DNA of 64,000 nucleotides from an uncultured Bacteroidales bacterium (GTDB lineage: Bacteria; Bacteroidota; Bacteroidia; Bacteroidales; F082): assembly GCA_900318085.1 (NCBI GenBank), contig ONJF01000012.1:7926-71925 (forward strand). Reading direction: 5' to 3'. A program made the translations under genes and the position numbers. Below the pieces are notes generated by a model. It was not told the origin of the DNA. It was given only the letters and a program-made list of their open reading frames with translations, and made no database searches. This document shows, piece by piece, positions 54,489-64,000 of this stretch; within the stretch, counting starts at the first letter, position 1, and each line of letters begins with the position of its first letter.

Positions 54489-55730
54489 ATGGCAAAGACC
54501 AAATACAACACCATCAAACGAACCACCACCTTCTATCACGACAAGGTGGAAAAACTCTTCAAAAAGCTTGAGGAGAAACTGAAAAGGCCACTGCGGTTCA
54601 CCACAAAACGAAGCGTTGAAGCCATCATTTTCTTGATCGTTTTCTTCGCCTTCTTCGGACTTTTGGCCTACAAAATGTCCCTGCCGAAGATGCTGAACAC
54701 CTTCATGCAGACAGCCTATCACCTATTGTTGGAGACCGTGTTCTACATCATGGCCATCTGCGTGCTCATGGGCGCCATCAGCAAGCTGCTCACCGAGTTT
54801 GGTGTGGTACGCTTGTTGGAGAACCTCCTGCGCCCCTTGATGAAGCCGCTCTACAACCTTCCTGGCGTGGCCGCTTTGGGTGCCATCATGACCTTCTTGA
54901 GCGACAACCCCGCCATCATCACCTTGGCACACGACAAGAACTTCAACCGCTATTTCAAGAAGTACCAACTCGTCTCTCTGACCAATTTCGGCACCGCCTT
55001 CGGCATGGGTTTAGTCGTGGTGGCCTTTATGACAGGTCTTGGCTTCGGTAAAGGTGCCTTGGTCGGTGTGGCAGGTGCTGTCATCGGCAGCATCGTCTCC
55101 ACCAGGTTGATGCAACGCTCTACCCTTAAGGCCTACCCCGAGTTAGACAGTCCTGTCGACGAAGAGTTTGGGGGCGACGAACAACAGATCTCCTTCAAGA
55201 GCGAAGGCGGCGTTTTCATGCGTTTCCTCAACTCGTTGCTCGACGGCGGCAAGGATGGTGTGAGCATCGGCTTCGCCATTATTCCCGGCGTGCTCTGTAT
55301 CTCCACCATCGTGATGATGCTCACCTTCGGCGCATCTGGCGAAAACGGCGAATATCTCGGTGTGGCCTACGAAGGCGTGCCCGTCATCAGCTGGGCAGCC
55401 AATAAGATCAACTTCATCTTCGATTGGCTCTTTGGTTTCAAGGACGGTGCCCTTATCTCCTTCCCCATGACCGCCCTCGGTGCCGTGGGTGCCGCCATTG
55501 GTCTGGTGCCCCGTTTCATCACCGAAGGCATCATCGACAACAACGCCATCGCTGTGTTCACCGCCATCGGCATGTGCTGGAGCGGTTTCCTCAGCACCCA
55601 TGCCGCCATGCTCGACAGTCTCGGCTACCGCAAGCTCATTGGCAAAGCCATTGGCGCGCATACCATCGGTGGTCTTTGTGCTGGCATTGCGGCACACTGG
55701 CTATATGTGTTATTGGCATTGATATTCTAG
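54489..55730 (+). CDS. Polytopic membrane protein, nucleoside-recognition/YjiH-like
   Basis: 413 aa, many TM. Family assignment from general resemblance only. Confidence 0.4.
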   Translation: MAKTKYNTIKRTTTFYHDKVEKLFKKLEEKLKRPLRFTTKRSVEAIIFLIVFFAFFGLLAYKMSLPKMLNTFMQTAYHLLLETVFYIMAICVLMGAISKLLTEFGVVRLLENLLRPLMKPLYNLPGVAALGAIMTFLSDNPAIITLAHDKNFNRYFKKYQLVSLTNFGTAFGMGLVVVAFMTGLGFGKGALVGVAGAVIGSIVSTRLMQRSTLKAYPELDSPVDEEFGGDEQQISFKSEGGVFMRFLNSLLDGGKDGVSIGFAIIPGVLCISTIVMMLTFGASGENGEYLGVAYEGVPVISWAANKINFIFDWLFGFKDGALISFPMTALGAVGAAIGLVPRFITEGIIDNNAIAVFTAIGMCWSGFLSTHAAMLDSLGYRKLIGKAIGAHTIGGLCAGIAAHWLYVLLALIF

Positions 55731-55790
55731 ACGTTGCACGCAACGTCTCTACAAGGCATAAAAAAAGAGGCTCGCAAGCCTCTTTTTTGT
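55729..55790. terminator. Two hairpins between convergent genes; the second is a bidirectional intrinsic terminator
   Basis: AGACGTTG-cacg-CAACGTCT (55729-48), then AAAAAAGAGGCT-cgca-AGCCTCTTTTTT (55761-88). Confidence 0.7.
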
Positions 55791-55807
55791 TTTACAATCT
55801 GTCGTTG

Positions 55808-57064
55808 TTAGTCTTTCTTGCTACCACCCATGTTATAGGTGAGGTTGAAACGCAGCGTATTCTCCAACGGGTTGCTGCCCGCCACCGTGTTGACGGGAAT
55901 CAAGTATGACACATCAAGACCGAAGACATTGTAGTGCAAAGCAGCGCCGAGGGTGACATACTTGCGGTTGCCTTTCAGGGCCGTCTCGTTGAAATAACCG
56001 GCACGCACGGCAAAGATGTTGTTGTACCAATACTCGATACCAGCGCCGATGTTGATCTCGCAAAGCTCCTCGTAGAACCTGCCGTAGTCTACCAACTCGC
56101 CAGTGTAGTAGTCATAGCCATGACCAGGAGCGTCGTAGAACGACTGAATCATACCAGCCACGGTGGAGACATTATTGTCCATACCATAGAGGATCTTATA
56201 GGTACCATCGTCGTTGAGGATAGGCTGTCCCGAGATGGAGTCTCTAGCGATGACGGGCGGAGTGGGCACCATCAGTTTGTTGAAGTCAACCATAAAGGCC
56301 AACGAGTTGTACTCGTCAAGCTCGAGCTTCAAGCTAGCGCCCAAACGCAGGTTGGTCGGAATGAAGTCGCGGCGGTCGGACTGTCCGTTGTAGCTGATCT
56401 TGCTACCGATGTTGGTGATGGCAGCACCCCAAGCAAAGTCGGCATCCATGTTGCTGAACCATTCAACGGGGCGTTTGTAGTAGACCGACACGTCGGCAGC
56501 GACAGAGATACCGGGACGGCCATAGTCAGTGGCGTTTTGGGTCAGGTTGGAATAGATGAAACGGCCAGCCACGGCACCCGACAGGTAGTCGCCCAACATA
56601 CGGGAGTAGGTAGCGTCGACGGCCCACTCATTGGGGCTGAAAGTGCCCAAGTCATAGTTGTTCTGGTCCCTAAAGTTGATGTCGCCACAGCTGAAATAGC
56701 GCAAGGTACCAGCCACGGCCGAACGGTCGTTGATCTTATAAGCCAAAGCCAGATAGGCCAGGTTCATATCGCTCACCAAATTGCGCAACCAAGGGCTATA
56801 GCCCAAACCCGCACTGAATTTGTCTTCCAGATACACATACTTGGCGGGGTTGTAGTGCATAGAATATACATCGGGATGGGATGCCACACCACAGTCACCC
56901 ATAGCACCGCCACGGGCATCGGGGGAGATGGAAACAAATGGAACAGCCGTCGTAATCACATTGGGCGACACGCTGTAATCTTGTCCGATGTAGTTGTTGT
57001 TCTGTCCGTAAGAGACTGCCGCAACCATCAGCAGGGCGGCCAAAAAGAGTTTCTTTACTTTCAT
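55808..57064 (-). CDS. porV: T9SS outer-membrane channel protein PorV (LptO)
   Basis: 418 aa with a signal peptide and beta-barrel character. Lies immediately downstream of the PorU-like gene, as in other Bacteroidota. Confidence 0.65.
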   Translation of the reverse strand: MKVKKLFLAALLMVAAVSYGQNNNYIGQDYSVSPNVITTAVPFVSISPDARGGAMGDCGVASHPDVYSMHYNPAKYVYLEDKFSAGLGYSPWLRNLVSDMNLAYLALAYKINDRSAVAGTLRYFSCGDINFRDQNNYDLGTFSPNEWAVDATYSRMLGDYLSGAVAGRFIYSNLTQNATDYGRPGISVAADVSVYYKRPVEWFSNMDADFAWGAAITNIGSKISYNGQSDRRDFIPTNLRLGASLKLELDEYNSLAFMVDFNKLMVPTPPVIARDSISGQPILNDDGTYKILYGMDNNVSTVAGMIQSFYDAPGHGYDYYTGELVDYGRFYEELCEINIGAGIEYWYNNIFAVRAGYFNETALKGNRKYVTLGAALHYNVFGLDVSYLIPVNTVAGSNPLENTLRFNLTYNMGGSKKD

Positions 57065-57146
57065 TTCAGGTCTTGTATTTGAAATTGCAAAAATAACGAT
57101 TATTCACATGGGTTATTGTATGCGATAGCAAAATATTTTTTTACGC

Positions 57147-57170
57147 GGCCCTTCGACAAGCTCAGGGACC
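57147..57170. repeat. 24-nt repeat GGCCCTTCGACAAGCTCAGGGACC (copy 2)
   Basis: Sits in the porU-porV spacer inside an imperfect hairpin (GCGGCCC...GGGACCGC). Confidence 0.7.
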
Positions 57171-57176
57171 GCTAAA

Positions 57177-60100
57177 CTAACGACTGATGACCATGCGTTG
57201 ACTGACGGTGCGGAAGAACCCAGTATCGTCTGTCAAAGTGAGGCGATAGAGGTAAACTCCTGAACGCAAAGGACTTCCCGAATAGCCACAGCCATCCCAG
57301 CGGATGGGTTCGATGACACCATTGGTGGAAGTGACTCTCTTGGAGAGATGTTGCACTGGCCGTCCCATGATATCAAAGATCTCGATGTTCACCTCAAAGT
57401 TGCCATCCTCGCCCACATGGGTCAACGAGATATGCGTCTCCCCATCAAAGGGGTTGGGGAAGTTGCGCACCTGCGAAAGGAAGAGGTCATCGTCGACAAC
57501 GAACCACAACAAGGCTTCAGAAGGGTTGTTCTGCATATCCCACACCTTAAGTTGGAACTCGTAGGTGCCAGGCTCGAGGTCGCTGACAGGAATAGACAAC
57601 CTTCCGCGCCTAAAGTCATTGAGGGTGGGCTCATAACGGTCGTTCAAGACGAGATGGTTATATGCCATCAAGTTGCTGTTCAACACGATGTCGCGGCCCA
57701 GGCTAAAGTCATAGTGATAGATACCCTGGGCATCATAGAGGTCGGCATAGAGCACGCCTTGCCGCTCCACCGATTGTCCATTAACAAAGTCGGGAGTATT
57801 CCAATAAAAGTCAATCTTCGGACCTTCATCATCGGCTATCATAGCAGGGTCGATGCCTCCCAATGTCAAATCATCGAACTTGCCCATGGCATCGATGCCA
57901 CGGATGGAATCGTAGGCATAGAGTGAGAAACGAGGCTTACCCGTCTCGGGCATGATGTCTTTGGGGATCTGGAAAGAGACCGTGAAATGGCCATTGGTCA
58001 CGCTAACACACCCTTGATAGAGCACATTTTTATAGCAATGGACATCCCTATGATGGCCCGTCCCATAACGATTGACCCTGATTTTCGAGGCTTGGTCGAA
58101 CAGTCTAACCCACAAAATGCCGTTGAAGCCCGTATCGACTTGACCCGTCGTTTTCTTCACCACGCCATCCATCGTCACCATGCTCATGCCATGAAGACTG
58201 ATATCGTCGCTACCCTCAATCCATTCGCCATTGACTTTTTGGACTTCAATGTCTTCGTTGGGGACAGGGAATCGTAACGCTGGGTCACCCAGGAAAAGGA
58301 AACGAATATTGATGTTTTCCAACGGTGAGCCGTTGTTGAAATTGTTTGGGGAGCTTTTCGTGCGTTGTATGATGTCGCCAAATCTCAAAGGCAATCCATC
58401 CTCATCGCGGTCAAAACAGACCTTAACAAAAGCTTGTGTCTGCCTATGGTTTTGAGGACCATAAGTAGGGCGGCATGTGGTAAACATCGCCACCGCACCC
58501 CCATTGGGATTCAAGAACATCTGCTCGCCTGCCGAAACCAAAAGCGGATTGTCGTATTTCGTGAATTCACAAGTGGCAGTATAAACAAACGGCATCTTGT
58601 CATAATTGTCGAGGGCATTGATGTCAACATTGGTGAAGACTTTCTCGCCAGTCAGGCCCCTCACACCGCCGTGTCCTGTGTATATCAGCAATAGCGAGCC
58701 CTTGTCAAAAGACTTCTTAAGGTCAGCATTGGCTCCAGGAATCTCGGTCCCACTCGATGTGCTCACCGTGGGATAGGCACCCGTATAGAGTTTCATGGGC
58801 GTCATGGCAGGCACGATGGTGTCGAGCATGGAGCAATATTTCTCACTATTGTTGACATAGTCGGTATGTTCATCATCTGCAAAGATGAGCATATCCGTCT
58901 TCCAAAGACCATGTACCGCCGCGAGATCATTATAATGGCGGATTTTACGAATCGCAGTCTCTGCTTCTTCAACCGTTGAAACCGATATTCGTCCAATGCC
59001 AATGTCAACGCGGCCTTTACTGTGATCGCCTTCGTTGAGATCCATCAGACCATAGTAATCATCGGTGCAGAAATCCAACTCCCAATGTGAACTGTCAGCA
59101 TTCTCGTATGTCGGCACGAAGTTTTGCCCATAACCCATGATGTTGCGATAGTCGGCAGAGGCTCTGCCAAACAAGGTCAAGTAACGAAGCCGACCAGCGC
59201 TGCGGCCGTACACCATGCGAACGAAGTCGCGTATGGCGGAGGGATCGGGATGACCCGCGCCGAACTCATTGTAAATCTCTTCCACATCAACCACCACACT
59301 CCGCAATCCATCAAGTTCTTCATGATAGTCTGCCAAGACCTGGGCTTGATCTTTAAACAATGACGAGGTCAAAATGAGCATGTCACATTCACCTATGGCA
59401 TGCACATTTTGGTTGGGCAAATCGACCCAATGCTCGACGGCCATGGCATAGTCGGGATGAAACAATGCGTAGCGCTTCTCGGTATTCTCATCAGTGGCAA
59501 AGACCAGATTACCGCCACTAACAATGCCTAATTGCAATTGTGGCCGCAGAGGGTCGGTCACCTCCCACAGCCAATACTGCGCACTGGTGTTTTGGATCCA
59601 AATGGCACTCTTCACGGCACCGAACTGCGAAGGCATCAGACGGAAGGGGAAGAAATGTCCTACCCTTTTCAGCTGCCGCCATCCATAAATCTCAATATAG
59701 TCGAGATACAACGAAGCCGTTGACTCTGCAGTAAAACTCAACTGCACCGCTATCGTATCGCTCTCGCTCGTGGCTTGTTTCGAAAGCGTCGAAAGTTTGC
59801 CATAATAGTTATCGGTGTATTTGCTAATCGCAACATGACTGGCCAAATGGTTGTCATTCGCCCACAGGTCATAATACATATTCCCCGGTTTCACACGACC
59901 CATCACTTGGCTCTTGACCAACAAAGGCTTGGTCTTCACCAAATTTGGGAAGACAAAAGTCAAATCGAATGGGGTTTCCGGTGTCGTCAACTGCTCGCCA
60001 AACCAAGCTCTACTCTGGAAATAGGGCAAGAACAACTCTTCCTCATGCCAAACAAAATCGGGAAACTCGGAAATCACCGTTGTGGCATCTTCGACAGACA

Positions 60101-60608
60101 ACGATGCCTTCTCTCCCACCCTTAAGCCTTCAACACCGCTATCGACACAGAGATAATAATAGGTGGTATCCGAGTAGAGGTTGCGTTCACGAAGATAAGT
60201 CTCATTATTGGCATCCTTCAGCCTCCAGAATGTAGGCTCCTGACCATAAAACAACACCACATCTTCGCTATCGAAGACGCCATCTTCAGCACCGCCCACA
60301 TAGATTGCCATCTCTGTCAGGTCATCTGGGCGTGCCTCCGAGTTTTTCTCCGGCAACGCTCCAGAAGGATTGCCAAAAATCCGTATCTGGTTAGGATTCA
60401 ATGCATTCATATCAATCCCCATGGATTGGAATGTGGCATAGTCCAATTTGTAAACACCTTCTTCGGTTATGGCAATCCTATGCCAAGTATGCTCGCTTAA
60501 CACCGATTGATAGGTGTTGTCTTGGGCATAGCCTCTTATGCCATACGAAAAGGCAAAGACGCATAGGAACAAAATTGTATAGAATCTATTTTTCATATTG
60601 ACAGTCAT
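57177..60608 (-). CDS. porU: T9SS sortase PorU (C25 peptidase family with its own CTD)
   Basis: 1143 aa. Gingipain-like His/Cys pair in YTGHGG ... YTATCEF. C-terminal T9SS CTD (FPNPFDGETHISL...GVYLYRLTL). Adjacent to porV. Confidence 0.7.
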   Translation of the reverse strand: MTVNMKNRFYTILFLCVFAFSYGIRGYAQDNTYQSVLSEHTWHRIAITEEGVYKLDYATFQSMGIDMNALNPNQIRIFGNPSGALPEKNSEARPDDLTEMAIYVGGAEDGVFDSEDVVLFYGQEPTFWRLKDANNETYLRERNLYSDTTYYYLCVDSGVEGLRVGEKASLSVEDATTVISEFPDFVWHEEELFLPYFQSRAWFGEQLTTPETPFDLTFVFPNLVKTKPLLVKSQVMGRVKPGNMYYDLWANDNHLASHVAISKYTDNYYGKLSTLSKQATSESDTIAVQLSFTAESTASLYLDYIEIYGWRQLKRVGHFFPFRLMPSQFGAVKSAIWIQNTSAQYWLWEVTDPLRPQLQLGIVSGGNLVFATDENTEKRYALFHPDYAMAVEHWVDLPNQNVHAIGECDMLILTSSLFKDQAQVLADYHEELDGLRSVVVDVEEIYNEFGAGHPDPSAIRDFVRMVYGRSAGRLRYLTLFGRASADYRNIMGYGQNFVPTYENADSSHWELDFCTDDYYGLMDLNEGDHSKGRVDIGIGRISVSTVEEAETAIRKIRHYNDLAAVHGLWKTDMLIFADDEHTDYVNNSEKYCSMLDTIVPAMTPMKLYTGAYPTVSTSSGTEIPGANADLKKSFDKGSLLLIYTGHGGVRGLTGEKVFTNVDINALDNYDKMPFVYTATCEFTKYDNPLLVSAGEQMFLNPNGGAVAMFTTCRPTYGPQNHRQTQAFVKVCFDRDEDGLPLRFGDIIQRTKSSPNNFNNGSPLENINIRFLFLGDPALRFPVPNEDIEVQKVNGEWIEGSDDISLHGMSMVTMDGVVKKTTGQVDTGFNGILWVRLFDQASKIRVNRYGTGHHRDVHCYKNVLYQGCVSVTNGHFTVSFQIPKDIMPETGKPRFSLYAYDSIRGIDAMGKFDDLTLGGIDPAMIADDEGPKIDFYWNTPDFVNGQSVERQGVLYADLYDAQGIYHYDFSLGRDIVLNSNLMAYNHLVLNDRYEPTLNDFRRGRLSIPVSDLEPGTYEFQLKVWDMQNNPSEALLWFVVDDDLFLSQVRNFPNPFDGETHISLTHVGEDGNFEVNIEIFDIMGRPVQHLSKRVTSTNGVIEPIRWDGCGYSGSPLRSGVYLYRLTLTDDTGFFRTVSQRMVISR

Positions 60609-63600
60609 TTACTTAAGACTAATTTCGACACCAATGTGGCGGTCTCACCTTGGTCGTTGGTGGCCACGATGCGGTAGATATAGACGCCGTTGCGCAGGTT
60701 CTCGCCACGCGAACCACGGCCGTTCCAACGAATGGGGGCAATGCGGGTGGAGGTACCTGTCACCTGTTGTGACAATGTGATCACCCAACGGCCCATAATA
60801 TCATAGATATAGATATCAACATCCATATTGTTTCCAATTTGGTTGTGGTCGAACACAAAATAGGTCTCATCGGTCACGGGATTTGGGGCATTAAACGCAT
60901 TTTCCATTACCATGCCGGCATTGTTGACCACGGTAAAATCGACGGTAGCCGTGCTGGAATTATTGTAGATATCCCACACCTTGAGGGTAAGCGTGTAGTC
61001 ACCATCGGCAAGGTCTTGCATCTTGTAGGTGATGACGCCTTTACCCGGCTGTCCGATCTCACCCACGAAATAATCGTTGAGACAATAGCTGTTTTTAGAG
61101 GGACCGCTTAAGGTTGCAGTAATGTCATGACCAATTCCGGCTCCCGTCGTGTTGATGCCGCTCTCGTCCTCGACGAAAGCCAACAATAATGGATTCTGAC
61201 CCGTCATGCCACCGCTTACGAAGAGTGTGTCATCGACAAACAGGCGAACCTCTGGCGGATCATTGTCCTCAAAAGCCTCGTCATAAAAGCCACCGATGAT
61301 GAAACTGTCGCAGTTGCCATTGGCATCCACTTCATAGTCAGTAGCATAATAGTTGATCAGGCCCTGACCGAAACGATAGGCGATATCGCGAGGCACGATG
61401 AAGTCGATTTTGAACCGTCCATCCTTAACTTCTGTTTTTCCATTGAAAATCACGCTATTGCGTAACTTGAAATGATAGACTGAAGCCGTAGTACCATAAG
61501 TGGAAAGCTCTGCTTCCTTGTCGTATACGATAACGCTCACCACACCATTGAAGCCAGTGGCGATTTGGCCCTCTAGGTCTTTCACGACGCCTTCAATCTC
61601 AACGGGTTGCAAAGCACTTATCGTATCACGATAGACAGGATAGGTCTCCCATGTCGTATCATTAATTTGGACAGAATCCAAGTCATATCCCGGATATTGC
61701 CCGTTGATACTCACCGTTTCCACCTTCAATTTCGGATAGGCCAAACGCAAGGCCGGGTCACCAAAGAACACATAGCGTTTTTCCTCCTCCCTGCCACTCG
61801 TCTTGGCCATACGATAGACATCACCCAGTCGGTAATGCTCTTCGCCTTGAATGCGGAACAAATTGTTGTACACACCCGTAGCGAAATTCTGGTTATGGGG
61901 ACCATAGGTCACACGCGATGTTGTGAACATGGCAATCATGCCGCCATATTGGTTGAGGAAGGCATATTCGCCCAAAGAGGTGCGCATGTGGTCGTCGTAT
62001 CGGCTGAACTCGCAGGTACCCGTAATCATCAAGGGATACATCGGAGCATTTCGCCATGAATCGACATCTTTCCTTTGCAGGATTTTCTCTTCGGAGAGTT
62101 GCACCTCACCACCATGGCCGATATAATTGAGCACCAGCGTACCTTTCTCCATTCGGCTGTTGATGGCAGCGTTCACATCAGGAGCGATTTCGCCGCCAGG
62201 AGCGCTGATCTGTGTATAGGCATCCAAGTAAATCTTGTCGACTACGACTCCGTCACCACCCACATTCTTCAGATTGGCGGCCAAATCCTCGGCATTCGGA
62301 ACAAAACCGCCTTCGTCATCGGTAAAGAATGTCACCGTATTACGCCAAGGCTGCATGGTGGTCTCGTCTTTCACAATATAGCGCTCAATCTTGTCGACCA
62401 TCTGCGAAGCCTGTTCCACCGTCTGCACTGGAAAACGACCAATACCTATGTCTGCCAACGAGTGACCGATGGAACCTTCATTAGCATCCATAAAACCGAA
62501 ATAATCGTCGGTGACAAAGGCCTGGTCCATCGCCAACGACTTCACCGACTCGAAAGAAGGGACAAAATCCACCACTCCCGTACGGTTCTTATAATCGTAG
62601 GAGCAGTCGCCCAACAACAACAAATATTTGATTTTGTGGCCTGCGCTACTGTCCAAATAGAGCATGCGACAGAAATCGCGGATGGCCGAGACGTCCTTGG
62701 CACCACACGAGAACTCATTGTACACCTTCTCGGGCGTGGTAATCATGATGTTCAATTCAGGATCGATGCGGTTGTGGATGGCTTTCACACGTTCGGCCTG
62801 CGAGATGAAACCTTCATAGGTCAAAATGAGGTAATCTACATCCCTCACACCATGTAGGTTTTGGTTTTCCACCTTTCCGAAAGCCTTGGCTGTGCAAAAC
62901 GAGCTGCCATTGAAAGCAATAAAAGCATTGTTGACATTACCGTTGACCTTGAAACTCAACGTCGACCCATCGAGTTGTCCATTTACCTTGACAGGCGTCA
63001 TCGGGTCGGTGACATTCCACACCTGAACTTGCTGTGATGCCCCCGAGAGTTGGTACTCGTACACCTTATTAATTAAAGCTGCATCGGGGTTACGGAACGC
63101 CATCTGGCTTCCCGTCATCTTCAGGTGACGCCAAGCGTTGACAACAATATAATCCACATAGCCCACCGAGTTGTTATATCCCATCGCATTGTGCCGCAAG
63201 CTCACGCGTATCGTTTCGTTGGAAGGAGTCGTATTCACCCAACCACCTACATCGAATCCCCAAGGCTTATCAGACGTGCCTGGCGTGGTAGCAATGGAAT
63301 AGGTGGCCTTCTTCAAATCATTGACATAAACCTCAAAAGTGGCAGGCTTGAAATTACGTCCCGCCATGGCTGTCTTCACCCAGCTCATCTTGTCGGTAAC
63401 AATATTGGGGAAACTGAATTCGAAATTCTGCGTCGAGGTGAGGTCCATCTTATCGCCATAATAGGTGCGCCCCACGCTATGTAGATTGTACTCGTCACGT
63501 TCATGTACTTGATAATCAATAAATTGACTAACAATACTTTGTGGAGTTGCAGAAGGCGACACGGCTTCACTGATACGTTTGCCTTGTCCCAAACCGGTCA

Positions 63601-64000
63601 CCACGAAAGCGTATGCATAATCGTCATAGGGATTCTGGTGATGGACATACGCCATCTTGGCGGTGTCTAACGACCAAGTCACTGGACCGCGTCCATAAAA
63701 TAGGATGTAGTCACTATTGTCGAAGCGTCCGTCACTCTCGCCTGCCACATACACAGGCACCTCCACCAAGTCGTCGGGCCGCGACACACTATTCATCTCT
63801 GGAAGCACGCCACCGCCGTTATGGTAGATACGGATTTGACGGGGGTCGACACTTGCAACATCAACACCTAGCTCCGACAAGTCATTGTAAGTCAATTTGT
63901 ACACACCGGTTTCAGAGAGTCCAATCTTATACCAGTCACCCGAAGACATGGCCGAGCGCGTCGCATAGGCTTGATTAGACCTTTGGACAGAATAGTCTGG
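60605..64000 (-). CDS. Second PorU-like C25 peptidase with a T9SS CTD (5' end outside the window)
   Basis: The reading frame stays open upstream of the first Met to the window edge. NYIGHGG ... ITGTCEF catalytic pair. CTD (APNPVTDETYFVF...GVYIYRIVA). TGA/ATG (ATGA) overlap with the downstream porU. Confidence 0.65.
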   Translation of the reverse strand, partial: PDYSVQRSNQAYATRSAMSSGDWYKIGLSETGVYKLTYNDLSELGVDVASVDPRQIRIYHNGGGVLPEMNSVSRPDDLVEVPVYVAGESDGRFDNSDYILFYGRGPVTWSLDTAKMAYVHHQNPYDDYAYAFVVTGLGQGKRISEAVSPSATPQSIVSQFIDYQVHERDEYNLHSVGRTYYGDKMDLTSTQNFEFSFPNIVTDKMSWVKTAMAGRNFKPATFEVYVNDLKKATYSIATTPGTSDKPWGFDVGGWVNTTPSNETIRVSLRHNAMGYNNSVGYVDYIVVNAWRHLKMTGSQMAFRNPDAALINKVYEYQLSGASQQVQVWNVTDPMTPVKVNGQLDGSTLSFKVNGNVNNAFIAFNGSSFCTAKAFGKVENQNLHGVRDVDYLILTYEGFISQAERVKAIHNRIDPELNIMITTPEKVYNEFSCGAKDVSAIRDFCRMLYLDSSAGHKIKYLLLLGDCSYDYKNRTGVVDFVPSFESVKSLAMDQAFVTDDYFGFMDANEGSIGHSLADIGIGRFPVQTVEQASQMVDKIERYIVKDETTMQPWRNTVTFFTDDEGGFVPNAEDLAANLKNVGGDGVVVDKIYLDAYTQISAPGGEIAPDVNAAINSRMEKGTLVLNYIGHGGEVQLSEEKILQRKDVDSWRNAPMYPLMITGTCEFSRYDDHMRTSLGEYAFLNQYGGMIAMFTTSRVTYGPHNQNFATGVYNNLFRIQGEEHYRLGDVYRMAKTSGREEEKRYVFFGDPALRLAYPKLKVETVSINGQYPGYDLDSVQINDTTWETYPVYRDTISALQPVEIEGVVKDLEGQIATGFNGVVSVIVYDKEAELSTYGTTASVYHFKLRNSVIFNGKTEVKDGRFKIDFIVPRDIAYRFGQGLINYYATDYEVDANGNCDSFIIGGFYDEAFEDNDPPEVRLFVDDTLFVSGGMTGQNPLLLAFVEDESGINTTGAGIGHDITATLSGPSKNSYCLNDYFVGEIGQPGKGVITYKMQDLADGDYTLTLKVWDIYNNSSTATVDFTVVNNAGMVMENAFNAPNPVTDETYFVFDHNQIGNNMDVDIYIYDIMGRWVITLSQQVTGTSTRIAPIRWNGRGSRGENLRNGVYIYRIVATNDQGETATLVSKLVLSK

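Noticed and set aside
55934-57082. 382-aa ORF on the plus strand
   Set aside because: It lies antisense to porV. The composition is V/G/D/H-rich, there is no start context, and the opposite strand encodes a signal peptide and beta-barrel pattern.

Overview
This is a 64-kb chromosomal window from a Bacteroidota genome, most likely Bacteroidales or Prevotellaceae. The assignment rests on three things. PorU/PorV and several type IX secretion (T9SS) C-terminal sorting domains are present. TAnnTTTG -7 promoter boxes sit 20-40 nt before many start codons, with no Shine-Dalgarno signals. Many genes carry lipoprotein signal peptides.

About 58 protein genes are supported; I found no rRNA, tRNA or CRISPR array. 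Most are core metabolism and envelope genes: fba, a disrupted purB, an MsbA-like ABC exporter, a GH20 hexosaminidase, psuK-psuG, beta-carbonic anhydrase, an amidohydrolase, a short UvrA paralog, gcvT, a rhomboid protease, an OmpA/TPR protein, folD, ffh, yggS, a Ca/Na antiporter, two EamA transporters, a SpoU methyltransferase, EEP, GNAT, MFS, Hsp20, a porin, porV and two tandem PorU-like C25 peptidases.

The stretch worth attention is a mosaic accessory island at about 16.3-27.6 kb. It contains:
- a Y1/HUH transposase-like gene;
- a UDG-fold-like protein;
- a 3x zinc-ribbon protein plus a large PD-(D/E)XK nuclease;
- an FtsZ paralog that consists only of the GTPase domain, coupled to a miniature PD-(D/E)XK-like ORF;
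- a RhuM-Doc protein, plus an internally deleted second copy;
- an AT-rich GIY-YIG nuclease;
- a WYL regulator plus a DEDDh exonuclease;
- a DUF4143-type ATPase behind a triplicated promoter/operator.

Several island cassettes are headed by the same ~45-nt module (hairpin, T-tract, -7 box).

All homology statements are by-eye motif recognition. No alignments, database searches or GC calculations were run.
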